Source: Alphaproteobacteria bacterium (GTDB taxonomy: Bacteria > Pseudomonadota > Alphaproteobacteria > SP197). From it: a stretch of 64,000 bases of DNA. Positions 50,920 through 61,998 of the stretch are shown in pieces; positions within the stretch are counted from its first letter, which is position 1; each line of letters opens with the position of its first letter. The position numbers and the translations under genes were made by a program. The stretch covers positions 3,488,001-3,552,000 of the forward strand of contig OZ219747.1 in NCBI GenBank assembly GCA_964291265.2, in the 5' to 3' direction. The notes beneath the pieces are model-generated. The model was not told where the DNA came from, ran no database searches, and saw only the letters and a list, made by a program, of their open reading frames with translations.

Positions 50920-52160
50920 TGCAACGGGCCATGCTGCCTTGCTTGCACGCTGGCGTGCTGGTGCTCGCTGTCGGCCTTGCATGTGCCGAGGAAGCCGGTG
51001 TCGACGAGGATTCCGTCACTTTCGGACAGTCGGCAGCCTTCAGCGGACCGGCGCAGGATCTCGGAGTCGAAATGCGCCGGGGCATCGAAATGGCATTCGC
51101 GGAAGCCAACGAGGCAGGCGGCGTCTTTGGCCGCACTCTCGAGCTCGTCTCACGCGATGACGCCTATGAGCCGGAGGCTGCCATCGCCAACACGACGGAA
51201 CTGATCACGGAGGAGAAGGTGTTCGCCCTGATCGGAGCCGTGGGCACGCCAACCTCACGATCCGCCGTCCCTGTGGCCCATGCCGAGAGTGTTCCCTATA
51301 TCGCGCCCTTCACGGGCGCCGCCTTCCTGCGTGACCGCCGGTGGAACAACGTGATCAACCTGAGGGCGTCCTACTATCAGGAAACCGAGAAAATCGTCGA
51401 CTTCCTCACCACGTCGCTGGGTATCGACCGCATCGGCGTCCTCTACCAGGACGATTCGTTCGGCCAGGCCGGATTGCGCGGCGTCCAGATCGCTCTGCAG
51501 CGGCGCGGCCTCGAGATGGTCGGCACCGGTGTCTATCCGCGCAACACAAGGGCGGTCAAGACGGGGCTTCTTGACCTGCGGTCGGCCAATCCCGATGCGG
51601 TCGTGCTCGTGGGCGCCTATCAGCCGGTGGCGCATTTCATCGCCTGGGCCAGGCAGATCGGCTTCGAACCCCACTTCATGACCATCTCGTTCGTCGGCAG
51701 CAATGCGCTCATGGAAGAACTCGGACCCACGAGCAGCGGCATCTTCGTCACCCAGGTTGTTCCGTCACCGCACGATGACGAAGGCGCCGTCATCGTCGAG
51801 GACGGGCTTCTTCGCGCCGTCGACATCGACAGCACCGACACCGGTCCGCCCATTGTCGGACACTACCGGCAGCTTCTGGCCCGGATGCATCCCGGGACGC
51901 CGCCCGGTTTCGTGTCACTCGAGGGCTACCTGGCGGGTCGCTTGGTGGTCAGTATCCTGGAAAGCTGTGGCGCATCTCCCGATCGTGCCTGTTTCCTCGA
52001 GGCCATGACCCACGACCACGTCATCGATCTGGGAGGATTCTCGATTCGCTTCGGAAACGACAACCAGGGGTCCGATGCGGTCTACCTGACGGTCGTCGAT
52101 GATCAGGGCCGCTACCGGAAGGTTGTCGAGACAGCAGGCGGTGCCGCCGGCGGGAAATGA
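50916..52160 (+). CDS. Periplasmic ligand-binding protein (LivJ/PBP1 fold)
   Basis: Signal peptide, GQSAAFSGPA, DDAYEP, GAVGTP. Confidence 0.85.
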   Translation: MMQRAMLPCLHAGVLVLAVGLACAEEAGVDEDSVTFGQSAAFSGPAQDLGVEMRRGIEMAFAEANEAGGVFGRTLELVSRDDAYEPEAAIANTTELITEEKVFALIGAVGTPTSRSAVPVAHAESVPYIAPFTGAAFLRDRRWNNVINLRASYYQETEKIVDFLTTSLGIDRIGVLYQDDSFGQAGLRGVQIALQRRGLEMVGTGVYPRNTRAVKTGLLDLRSANPDAVVLVGAYQPVAHFIAWARQIGFEPHFMTISFVGSNALMEELGPTSSGIFVTQVVPSPHDDEGAVIVEDGLLRAVDIDSTDTGPPIVGHYRQLLARMHPGTPPGFVSLEGYLAGRLVVSILESCGASPDRACFLEAMTHDHVIDLGGFSIRFGNDNQGSDAVYLTVVDDQGRYRKVVETAGGAAGGK

Positions 52161-54343
52161 CGATGTTCCGGCGCCTCCTGGATCTGCGATCGCGTATCTC
52201 GGCGCAGCTCACCATTGCCATCATGGGAGCGGTCGCCCTGACGATCGTCTCCGGCATGGTGGGCTGGTACTCCTTCGATCGCGTGGCGGATGCCCAACGG
52301 CACGTCAACGAGGGAACGGTTCCGGCCATCGCCGCTGCCTTCGGCATTGCCCAGCAGAGCGGCGCCTTGGCGGCGGCGGCGCCAAAGCTCGCCTCGGCCA
52401 GCACCCAGCTTGATCTTACCTACGCAGGTTTCGAGATCCAGCAGAATCGCGAGCAGTTCGCCAGACAATTGCAGGTGCTCGAGGAACTCGGCGGCGACGA
52501 GGCGCACTTCCAGCCCATCCGCAGCCAGGGACGTGCTCTGGTCAGCACCATCGTCGACATCGAAGACCTGATGTGGAACCTCTTCGCCATCGAGGCATCA
52601 CGCCAGGGTCTCAGGGACCGGATGGCGGCGCTCTCCAGGGAATTCAATCACTTTCTTGTTCCCGCCATCGACGATCAGCTGTTCTATGCCATGACCGGCT
52701 ACCGGGTTCTCGGCGAAGTCCCGGTGGCTCGAACCCACGTCTTCGCCGACCGCGAGATCCTGCGTTACCGAACCCTCTCGGAAGTCCATTCCGGCACGAC
52801 GGTAGCGTTCGAAATCCTGGCGACGGTCTTCAACACGTCCAGCATCACGCTCCTCGAACCGCTCAGGGAACGGTTCGAGGCTGTCAGAAGGGGGATTCAC
52901 AACAACGTCAACACCCTTCCCGGCGGTGAAGAGAGGCAACAGCTCGAGCAGCTCTTCATCGAGATGGACAGGCTTGGCAGCGGCGAGGGCAGCGGTTTCG
53001 ACATCCGCGAGCGGGAGCTCGAAGCCGAAGCCGAACTCCAGGAAATCCTGGAGCTGAACCAGTCGCTGGCGCTCAACCTGGTCAACAATGTCGAGAAGCT
53101 GGTCAGCGTGGCCGAAGACGCCGCCATCGAAGCGACCCTGGCTTCCGAGGATGCCATCCTGACCGGGCGCAATCTCCTGATCGGCATCAGCCTGGCCAGT
53201 ATCGTGGGGGCCGTTCTGATCTCCTGGCTCTATGTCGGACGCGGCCTCATTCGGCGGTTGTCACTGTTGTCGGACCGCATGCGGGTGATGGCGAAAGGTG
53301 ACCTGGAGAAGGAGATCGAGGTCGGTGGCAACGACGAAATCGCGGAGATGTCCTCGGCGCTGGAAGTCTTCCGACAACATGCCCTCGAGGTCCAGAGACT
53401 CAATCTTGTCGAGAGGATGGCCGACGAACTGAAGGCCAAGAACGAGCTCATCGAGACGGCCCTCAACGATCTCGAGAAGGCCCAGGACCAGATCGTCATG
53501 CGCGAGAAACTCGCAGCTCTCGGTGAACTCACCGCCGGTGTCGCCCACGAGATCCGCAATCCCCTCAACTTCATCAAGAATTTCGCCGAAGGCTCGACAG
53601 AGCTCCTCGAGGAGATGGTGGAGGAGATCGAGGCCCTGCTTGCCGGCATCGAGGAAAGCGAAGAGACGAAGGAACGCCGTGATCTCGTCCGGGAGATTGT
53701 CGACGATCTGGTCGAGAACACGCGACTCATCCGCCAGCACGGCACGCGCGCCGACAGCATCGTCCAGAGCATGCTGATGATGGGCCGCGGATCGGGCGAG
53801 CGCCAGCCGGCCGCCATCAACCCTCTTGTCGACGAACATGCCCGTCTCGCCTATCACAGCGCCCGGGCCACGGATACCAACTTCCAGGCGGAACTCGTCT
53901 TCGACCTTGATCCCGAGGTCCCGGAGATGAACATCATTCCCCAGGATATCGGCCGCGTCTTTCTCAATCTGATCGGCAACGCATGCTATGCGGCCGATGA
54001 CCGTCGGCGCAGGATGCGCGAGGCAGACCCGCGGGCCCGTTTCGACCCGGTCATCCGGATCAGCACCAGGAAGATGGCGGACGGCATCGAGATCTCCATA
54101 CGCGACAACGGCACCGGCATCCCCGACGACGTCATCGACAAGATCTTCAACCCCTTCTTCACGACCAAGCCGACGGATCAGGGGACCGGGCTCGGACTGT
54201 CCATGTCGAACGACATCATTCGCCAGCACGGCGGCACCATCACGGTCGACTCCGAACCCGATTCCTACACCGAGTTCACCGTGCGCCTGCCCTTCGACAC
54301 GACGCCGGCCACCAGCGATTCTTCCCCGTCCCCGCTCGATTGA
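52157..54343 (+). CDS. Membrane sensor histidine kinase with a TorS-like helical periplasmic domain, HAMP, HisKA and HATPase
   Basis: Two TM segments; AHEIRNPLN, NLIGNA, DNGTG, FFTTK, GTGLGL. Confidence 0.92.
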   Translation: MTMFRRLLDLRSRISAQLTIAIMGAVALTIVSGMVGWYSFDRVADAQRHVNEGTVPAIAAAFGIAQQSGALAAAAPKLASASTQLDLTYAGFEIQQNREQFARQLQVLEELGGDEAHFQPIRSQGRALVSTIVDIEDLMWNLFAIEASRQGLRDRMAALSREFNHFLVPAIDDQLFYAMTGYRVLGEVPVARTHVFADREILRYRTLSEVHSGTTVAFEILATVFNTSSITLLEPLRERFEAVRRGIHNNVNTLPGGEERQQLEQLFIEMDRLGSGEGSGFDIRERELEAEAELQEILELNQSLALNLVNNVEKLVSVAEDAAIEATLASEDAILTGRNLLIGISLASIVGAVLISWLYVGRGLIRRLSLLSDRMRVMAKGDLEKEIEVGGNDEIAEMSSALEVFRQHALEVQRLNLVERMADELKAKNELIETALNDLEKAQDQIVMREKLAALGELTAGVAHEIRNPLNFIKNFAEGSTELLEEMVEEIEALLAGIEESEETKERRDLVREIVDDLVENTRLIRQHGTRADSIVQSMLMMGRGSGERQPAAINPLVDEHARLAYHSARATDTNFQAELVFDLDPEVPEMNIIPQDIGRVFLNLIGNACYAADDRRRRMREADPRARFDPVIRISTRKMADGIEISIRDNGTGIPDDVIDKIFNPFFTTKPTDQGTGLGLSMSNDIIRQHGGTITVDSEPDSYTEFTVRLPFDTTPATSDSSPSPLD

Positions 54344-54373
54344 CCGGGGCCGTCGTCATCAGTCGGACACGTA

Positions 54374-56104
54374 TCACAGATCGGCGAAGACGTGGGTTTC
54401 ACCTCCGCCGCCCGGGTGCGAGACGGCGCCAAGGCGGGCCGGTCCGACAGTCTGTGCGTACTTCCAGATGACGCCCGAATTGTAATCGGTGGTCCTGGGC
54501 TTCCACGCCTTGCGACGGGCTTCGAGCTCTGCCGCGTCGAGTTCGACATCGAGTGTGCCCGCCGCTGCATCGATGGCGATCATGTCGCCGTCCCTGAGCA
54601 AACCGATGGGTCCGCCCGCTCCCGCCTCCGGTCCCACATGACCGATGCAGAATCCGCGGGTCGCTCCGGAGAACCGGCCATCGGTGATGAGGGCGACCCT
54701 TTCACCCATTCCCTGACCATAGAGTGCGCTGGTGGTGGCCAGCATCTCGCGCATCCCCGGACCGCCCCTTGGTCCTTCGTAGCGGATGATCAGGACATCT
54801 CCCTCATCGAAGGCGCCGGCGAGAACGGCATCGAGGCAGGCTTCCTCGGTGTCAAAGCAGCGCGCCGGGCCGCGGAACTGAAGGCGAGCGAGGCCGGCGA
54901 TCTTCACGATGGCGCCTTCGGGTGCAAGATTGCCCTTGAGACCGACCACGCCACCGGTGTTCGACAACGGATTGGTCACGGGCCGAACCACGTCCTGGTC
55001 CTCGGGGAAGACGACGTCGGCATGATTTTCGGCGAGCGTCCTTCCGGTCACGGTGAGCGTATCGCCGTGCAGGAATCCTCCGTCGAGAAGGGTCCTGATC
55101 AGGACCGGAATGCCTCCGATTCCGTAGAGATCCTTCGCCACGTAGCGGCCACCGGGCTTGAGGTCGGCGATGTAGGGGGTGCGGCGAAAGACATCGCAGA
55201 CATCCTCGAGGGTGAAGTCGATGCCCGCCTCGTGGGCGATGGCCGGCAGATGCAGTCCGGCATTGGTGGAACCGCCTGTTGCGGCAACCACCACGGCGGC
55301 ATTCTCGAGCGCCTTGCGGGTGACGATGTCACGTGGCCGGATATTGTCGGCAACGAGGCGCATGACCGCCTGACCGGAAGCTTCGGCGAACATGTCGCGG
55401 CTGTCGAAGGGCGCCGGTGTCATGGCTGAATTGGGAAGAGCCAGGCCGATCGCTTCGGATACGGTGGCCATGGTATTGGCGGTGAACTGGCCACCGCACG
55501 ATCCGCCTGATGGGCAGGCGGCATGTTCGAGTACATCGAGTTCGTCATCGCTCATGCCGCCGGAGGCATGGGCTCCGACACCCTCGAAGACATCGATGAT
55601 GGTGACGTCCCGGTTGCGGTAGCGCCCGGGCAGTATCGAGCCACCGTACATGAAGACTGACGGGACGTTCAGTCTCACCATGGCCATCATCATGCCCGGC
55701 AGCGACTTGTCGCAGCCGGCAAGTCCGACAAGACCGTCATAGCAATGGCCGCGCATGGTGAGCTCCACGGAGTCTGCAATCACCTCGCGGCTGACCAGCG
55801 ATGACTTCATTCCGGCATGGCCCATCGCAATGCCGTCGGTCACGGTGATGGTGGTGAACTCGCGGGGCGTGCCGCCACCGGCCTTCACGCCCTTCTTGGC
55901 GGCCTGGGCCTGACGCATCAGGGTAATGTTGCAGGGGGCTGCCTCGTTCCAGGTGGTCGCCACGCCGACGAAAGGCTGCTCCACCTCGGCATCGCTCATG
56001 CCCATGGCATAGTAGAAGGCGCGATGCGGTGCGCTCTTGGGGCCGACCGATACGTGACGGCTCGGCAGCCTGGACTTGTCCCAACGGGTCATGAGGTCCT
56101 CCAT
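54374..56104 (-). CDS. ilvD: Dihydroxy-acid dehydratase
   Basis: [36 protein letters not shown]. Confidence 0.95.
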   Translation of the reverse strand: MEDLMTRWDKSRLPSRHVSVGPKSAPHRAFYYAMGMSDAEVEQPFVGVATTWNEAAPCNITLMRQAQAAKKGVKAGGGTPREFTTITVTDGIAMGHAGMKSSLVSREVIADSVELTMRGHCYDGLVGLAGCDKSLPGMMMAMVRLNVPSVFMYGGSILPGRYRNRDVTIIDVFEGVGAHASGGMSDDELDVLEHAACPSGGSCGGQFTANTMATVSEAIGLALPNSAMTPAPFDSRDMFAEASGQAVMRLVADNIRPRDIVTRKALENAAVVVAATGGSTNAGLHLPAIAHEAGIDFTLEDVCDVFRRTPYIADLKPGGRYVAKDLYGIGGIPVLIRTLLDGGFLHGDTLTVTGRTLAENHADVVFPEDQDVVRPVTNPLSNTGGVVGLKGNLAPEGAIVKIAGLARLQFRGPARCFDTEEACLDAVLAGAFDEGDVLIIRYEGPRGGPGMREMLATTSALYGQGMGERVALITDGRFSGATRGFCIGHVGPEAGAGGPIGLLRDGDMIAIDAAAGTLDVELDAAELEARRKAWKPRTTDYNSGVIWKYAQTVGPARLGAVSHPGGGGETHVFADL

Positions 56105-56633
56105 GGAGATTGACAGACAACTCGAGGCGGAGACTAGGTTCGGTTCCGGCGATTGTCACGTCCCCGATGCCTTGGCGCGGATTGACCGTGCGCCGCCCGG
56201 CTTGTCCGTTCTTCTGACGACCCCCCTCCCCGCCATGGCTGCGGTCGTCCCTGGCGCCATGGAAGCGACCGGCCGGATTGCCATGACGGCGCCGATCATG
56301 GCGCCGGTGGCCGTGCTCCTTCGGGCGCGGAGCGAGGCATCGGGTCCGTCGCGCCGGCACGACACTCTTCACCGGTGGCGCCTTCGCACTCCATGCCGGT
56401 TGTCTGCTCCTCACCGAGGTGTCGCATGCACTCATTCTCCTCGACGTGTCGCCGGCCCGGAGCACGGCGCACGAAATCCGGCCTCCCAGGCAAGCGGCTC
56501 ACCCCGGCCCGGATCCAGGCGATGATTCCAGGCCTTGCCGGGGTCCTCGTCCTGCTGCCCGACGCCGGCTTGACCCTCCCCCGCAAGGCCGCCAGGCACC
56601 GGATGGCCGTTGCCGCCGGCGAGTTCCGGGCCT

Positions 56634-56822
56634 GTAAGCGTTCGGTCACGCGCAATCGAAAGAGCGGTGACGGACAAAGCCTCTGCCTACGGATGCGCGC
56701 GCCAGTGGCCTACCCGACCGGTGATTGGGGCGATGACAGCACTGAGCGAATGCAGGCGAGTCCCGGGGCCATGCGTAGTCGCCACTGTCATTTTCATCAT
56801 CATCTCTTGACCGAACGCTTAC
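56634..56822. mobile_element. 189-bp MITE, longest member of the GTAAGCGTTCGGTCA family
   Basis: Perfect 15-bp TIR GTAAGCGTTCGGTCA/TGACCGAACGCTTAC. Confidence 0.75.
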
Positions 56823-56836
56823 CGGAAAACTATGTG

Positions 56837-56931
56837 TTGCATGATGGCCGTGCACCGGCCTATAGTTCAGGTGCTTATACTGCTACGGGCGTATTTTGAC
56901 TTGACATCCCGTCTTGATCATGCAGTAAAAT
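56837..56931 (+). promoter_or_regulatory. Two candidate sigma70 promoters upstream of the RTX gene
   Basis: TTGCAT-18-TATAGT (56837-66) and TTGACA-19-TAAAAT (56901-31). Confidence 0.4.
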
Positions 56932-56932
56932 C

Positions 56933-57001
56933 CGCGCCACGCGCCACGCGCCACGCGCCACGCGCCACGCGCCACGCGCCACGCGCCACGCGCCACGCGC
57001 C
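56933..57001. repeat. Heptamer tandem repeat (CGCGCCA), 9 full copies plus 6 bp
   Basis: Perfect repeat, flanked by a CAGTAAA/TTTACTG inverted repeat. Confidence 0.95.
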
Positions 57002-57403
57002 CTTTACTGTATCGGCCTTACGAATGCGGGCGGGTAGCACGGCGCTTCCTGACTGAGCTTCGGCTGCCGGCAGCGTCGGCGTTCTGTCTATCCTATTTGG
57101 CCGCATGCGGCCCGGACGTGCCGCTTCGCCTGCGACCTCGTGCGCTCTCCCCGGCCCGTCTTCCACCCGCCGCGTCCGCTCGACAAGACTTGTCCCACTC
57201 CCGCCGTATCTCGGCGTCGGGCAGGTCTCCGGCATTGCCGTCGTCCGCCGGACCTCTGGCGCACCCGGCCGTCGGCATCCCCCTGACCGACTTTTGGAAA
57301 CCTAATGAGACTCAACGATGACAAACAACTTCGACCCCCGCATGCGCGGCGTCAAAAGGACGACGATGCCTACAGTGCTACAACCAGACACGGAGAATGA
57401 ACG

Positions 57404-58498
57404 ATGACGACGACAAGATGGCCTGGCAGACCGATTACTGAACTCGCGGGTCGCGATCATACTGGGGGGCGCCACCCTGAAAGAAACGAAGAGCTTTCCC
57501 TTAGTAGCGGCCATGCAACCCAGGGCGACGACTGGCTCCACGGTTACCGTGGCGACGACATCATTTTCGCCCACGGCGGCAACGACAGGCTTCACGGTGG
57601 GAAAGGCGACGACTGGCTCTATGGTTATGCTGGAGACGACCAAATCCAAGGCGGCAGGGGCGACGACACTCTGTCCGGCGGCGACGGTGACGATACTCTG
57701 TTCGGCGGCGCCGGCGACGACACGATTTACGCCCACGGCGGCAACGACAGGCTTCACGGCGGGAAAGGCGACGACCGGCTCTATGGTTATGCTGGAGACG
57801 ACCAAATCCGCGGCGGCAGCGGCAACGACACGCTGGACGGCGGTGCCGGCAACAACAGGCTTCACGGCGGCGCCGGCAACGACACGCTGAACGGCGGCAA
57901 CGACGACGACACTCTGATCGGAGGCGACGGCGACGACAAAATTTACGCTCACGTCGGCAACGACCGGCTGTTCGGCGGTAGCGGTGTCGACTGGCTCTAT
58001 GGTTATGCTGGAAACGACCAAATCCGCGGCGGCAGAGGTGATGACCATCTTTTCGGTATGCAAGGCGACGACCTGCTATATGGACTCACGGGAGACGACT
58101 TCCTCTCCGGTGGAGACGGGAACGACACTCTCCGAGGAAGCAAGGGCAACGACACGCTATGGGCCGGTAAAGGCAACGACACGCTCTATGGCGGCAAAGA
58201 CAACGACGAACTCTACGGCGACGCCGGCAACGACACGCTCTATGGCGACTCTGGCAATGACAATTTTGTGTTCAAATACAAGAGCGGCCACGATATCGTT
58301 AAGGACTTCGGCAAAGGCAATGACAAGATTTATTTCAGTCGCTCCGGCGAAAAACTGACCTACTCGGACCTGACCATTGAAGACAGCGAAACCGGTGCAG
58401 TCATCACCGGCCCGACAGACCAATGGAGCATTACGCTTGAAGGCGTAAGCGCCTCCGAGTTGACGGAAGACTATTTCGACTTCCAATACATAGCTTGA
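57404..58498 (+). CDS. RTX (hemolysin-type) calcium-binding repeat protein
   Basis: Many GGxGxDxL nonapeptides; C-terminus GHDIVKDFGKGNDKI...DYFDF typical of T1SS substrates; visibly lower GC than the core genes. Confidence 0.9.
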   Translation: MTTTRWPGRPITELAGRDHTGGRHPERNEELSLSSGHATQGDDWLHGYRGDDIIFAHGGNDRLHGGKGDDWLYGYAGDDQIQGGRGDDTLSGGDGDDTLFGGAGDDTIYAHGGNDRLHGGKGDDRLYGYAGDDQIRGGSGNDTLDGGAGNNRLHGGAGNDTLNGGNDDDTLIGGDGDDKIYAHVGNDRLFGGSGVDWLYGYAGNDQIRGGRGDDHLFGMQGDDLLYGLTGDDFLSGGDGNDTLRGSKGNDTLWAGKGNDTLYGGKDNDELYGDAGNDTLYGDSGNDNFVFKYKSGHDIVKDFGKGNDKIYFSRSGEKLTYSDLTIEDSETGAVITGPTDQWSITLEGVSASELTEDYFDFQYIA

Positions 58499-58542
58499 CG
58501 GTAGCTGCCCAGGTCTGATTTCGCCGAGCCCTCACAGAGGAT

Positions 58543-61452
58543 CAGACGTCCTGACTTCGGAAAGCCGTCTTGGGTCTGACGGAGCCCTTTTCCACAGGGA
58601 AACCAAGGGTTTTCAGGGTTTGGCGGGCTTAACAAGTGAATCTGCTGTCGAGCAAGGTACGCAACCCCACTTTCTTTCTCCAGGTGGCCCATGGACACGC
58701 TTCCCCTGTCCCCTCCCGAGGCGGTTCCGATCGGACATTCCTGCTTCTCGTTCGCCGAGAACGAACGCGGTCAGGTGGTCTATTTTTCGAACCTCGAACC
58801 CTACGACTTTCACGATGTGGACGATCGCGGCGCCTGGCTCCTGCGGGCGGCCCGCCTGGCCGAGAGCGGGGTGCGCCGAGCGGACATCCGGATGGCCTTC
58901 GGTCTCTCTCGCACGACCCTGCAGCGGGCGGTGAACCGATTGCGCGATGAGGGCGAGGCCGGCTTCCTGCAGTTCTGTCCGGTACGCGGGGTGAGCGCGA
59001 TCACGGGGGAGATGAAGGAGCGTGCGACGCGTCTGCTGGCCGAGGGGATGAGCGGTGCGGCGGTGGCGCGGGAACTGGGGCTGTCGAAGGAGACGCTGAA
59101 CTACAACCGCCGGCGCGGCCATCTTGCGCCCGCGGGTTCGGGGGACGGTGCTGCCGCTCGCGGACTTCGTCCGTGCCGCGAGGTCCCGGCGCTCTCGGCC
59201 GCGACGAAGGAGCAGGCTCTCGGTCTCCTGGCCGAGGGGAGGAGCGATGCGGCGGTGGCCCGTGCTCTGGGGATGTCGAAGGAGATGTTGCAGGCCCACC
59301 GCCGGAAGGGTCATCTGCCTTTCGCGGGAGCGGTTGGAGGCTCCGGCGTGTCCGGTGTCCGTCCGGGTGGGAGTGGCCGCGTGGTGATCACGCAGGAGAT
59401 CCGCGAGGAAGCGGACCGTCTGCTGGCCGAGGGCAAGAGCGTGTCGGCGGCGGCCCGCGAACTCGGCGTGAACGCCGCGACCCTGAACTACCATCGCCGG
59501 AAGGGTTCGATCGGCGCGGCGCGGCCGGAGGCCGCGACTGCCGGGTCCGGCCCGGATGCATCGGAGAAGCCCGATGGGCCGCAAGAAGCGTCCATGCCGG
59601 CCTGCGACACCGAGGTCTGCGGATCCCCGGCGCCGCGTCCGCTCGACCGCGCCGCCCGCGACGATCGGGACCGTTCGGCGCCGATGGGTCGCGGCGCGCG
59701 GGACGGCATGGGGCGGGTCGCGGCCGCAGTCGGAAAGTTGCCCAAGGCGCAGCCCCGGTTTGCCGAGGCCCTGTCGGCGGTGGCGCACGGCGGCGTGCTC
59801 GCGGCGCTGCCGGCGCTTCTCCGGGAGGGGCTGCTGAAGCACGCGCCCGCGTTCCTGTCATTGCCGAAGGGGTACTACGGGGTGACGAGCATCCTGTTGC
59901 TGCAGGCCTTTCTCCTGCTGGCCCGGGTGCGGAACGCGGAGGCGCTACGCTACCAGTCCCCGGGGGAATGGGGCGCCATCCTGGGTCTGGACCGCTGTCC
60001 GGAGGTCAAGACGCTGCGGAGCAAGGTTCGCGCACTGGCGGCGGATGCGGAACGGCTCACGGCGTGGCAGGCAGGGCGCTCTGGCGAGGGACTGGTGCGC
60101 GGAGGACCCGGAGGCGACCGCGACGCTGTCGGTCGACGGTCACGTGAAAGTGTATACCGGCCGCAAGGGGGTTAAGCCGAAGCACTTCGTGTCTCGTCAG
60201 AAGCTCTGCCTGCCGGCTTCGGTCAGCTACTGGGTCCATGCGCTTGGCGGCCGGCCGCTGCTGTGCTTGCATAAGAACCTCGATCCCACCCTGACCCGCG
60301 CCCTGGAACGGGATGTTCTGCCGGCGCTGGAGGAGTTGGGCGTGGCGGGGCCGGATGCACCGGATCTCACCACTGCCGACATGGCCGTGCCGGCCCTGAC
60401 GCTGGTCTTCGACCGGGAGGGCTGGAGTCCGGCCCTGTTCCGTCGTCTCGCCCGGCGCGGGATCGCGGTGATCACCTGGCACAAGAATTTCAAGGACAAG
60501 GACTGGCCGGAAGAGGAGTTCTCCCTCGAGACGGTGCCGATTCACGGCCCCGGAGGCGACCGCACGAGCAACATCTGGCTGGCCGAGAAGCGCATCCGCC
60601 TGCACGACGGTCCCGAGGTCCGGCAGATCCGCCGTCGGCTGAACGACGGCCGCCAGATCGCCCTGATCACCACGGACTTCCGCCTGTCGCGGGCCCGGGT
60701 CGCGAGTGCCCTGTTCTCGCGATGGTCCCAGGAGAACTTCTTCAAGTACGCTCGGGAAGAATTCCACCTCGACTCCCTGCCGGTGCACAGTCTGGTCCCC
60801 CAGGATCCGGACGCACAGGTCATCAACCCGGACTGGCGCAACAGGGACCGCGAGCTGCGCCGCCGCCGGCAGGCACTCGGCACGCTCCGCAACCGGATCG
60901 CCGAACTGGAACGCAAGCCCGAACCCTCCAACGCAATCCTCCGGAAAGTCGGACAACTGCAGGCCGAGAAGGAGACACTCGAAGCCAGGATCAAGACCCT
61001 GCAACAAGAACGCAAGGAAACCCCGAAGTATGTCCGGGTCAAGGATCTCAGAGACGATCAAGCCCTCGATGCCCTGGCGTCCCGGGAGAGGCACTGGCTC
61101 GACATCCTGCGCATGATCGCCTACCGCGCCGAAACCCGGATGATGGCGGCCGTGGCCAGGGAGCAGGGCAAGAAACAGCGACCGCGAAGACACCTTCGCG
61201 CACTCCTGCAGGCCGACGCCGACATCCTCCCCGACCCCGAACGGGGCATCCTCCGGGTGCGCATCCTCGGAACCGCATGCAACGCCAGCGATGACGCCAT
61301 CGCAGGGCTGCTGCAGGAACTCAACGATACCCGCACACGCTTTCCAGGAACCGAACTCCGCATGGTCTACGAACTGCCCGAGAAGCCCACCTGAACGGCC
61401 ACCAAGGGTTCACACTTCTTGATCGCCAACACTCCCGAAGTCAGGACGTCTG
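58543..61452 (+). mobile_element. 2910-bp IS element, family unassigned
   Basis: Perfect 18-bp TIR CAGACGTCCTGACTTCGG; 5-bp TSD AGGAT (58538-42, 61453-57). Confidence 0.9.
58691..61394 (+). pseudogene. Putative DDE transposase with tandem HTH repeats, frameshifted by a 4-bp duplication
   Basis: VDGHVKVY, VFDREGWS, RWSQENFFKY; GCAG duplicated at 60067-74. Confidence 0.8.
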
Positions 61453-61486
61453 AGGATGGATTGATGGTTCCGATCTGGTGGCGCCG

Positions 61487-61608
61487 ACAAGCGCTCGGTC
61501 ACGCAGTGATAGGGACATAGTGGAACTGAGCGAATGCGTGCGAGATCCGGGACGGTGCGTGAGTGCCACCGTCATCCTCATCATCGTCACCCATTGACCG
61601 AACACTTT
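61487..61608. mobile_element. Degenerate MITE of the GTAAGCGTTCGGTCA family
   Basis: ACAAGCGCTCGGTCAC ... CTGAGCGAAT ... TTGACCGAACAC. Confidence 0.6.
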
Positions 61609-61619
61609 CCCGGGCCTGG

Positions 61620-61979
61620 AGGGCCCAACAGGATTCGCATGGATCCCGAGCGAGTCACTCCTTCGTTCCTTCTCGTCGGCTCGGCTGTCTCGCTCGCCTG
61701 GTTCCGGCAACCGGGCCTGATGGGACGAATCGATCCTCAGCGCCCTGCATGGATCCTCCCGATTGCGTCGGTGTTTTCACGGCGATCATGTTCACGCAGT
61801 TCCATGCCTGTCAGCGCCCTGACACGGCCAGGGTGGGAATTGTCCCCCGGATCGCGGTGATGGCTGGAATCGCCAGTACCGGGATCCTGACCGTCGTGCC
61901 CGCCGGCCGGCGAGAGGCCACCGGAGTCGTTCTCGCCTGCTCGTCGGCATTCGTCTTGAACAGGGCACCATGGCGCTGA
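61620..61979 (+). pseudogene. Possible DMT/EamA-type membrane transporter remnant
   Basis: Hydrophobic segments in two frames ending EATGVVLACSSAFVL. Confidence 0.25.
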
Positions 61980-61998
61980 CCGCCGATGGGGGGCGACG

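Noticed and set aside
56933-57001. CRISPR array
   Set aside because: A spacerless 7-bp tandem repeat with no cas genes; no repeat-spacer array was seen anywhere in the window.
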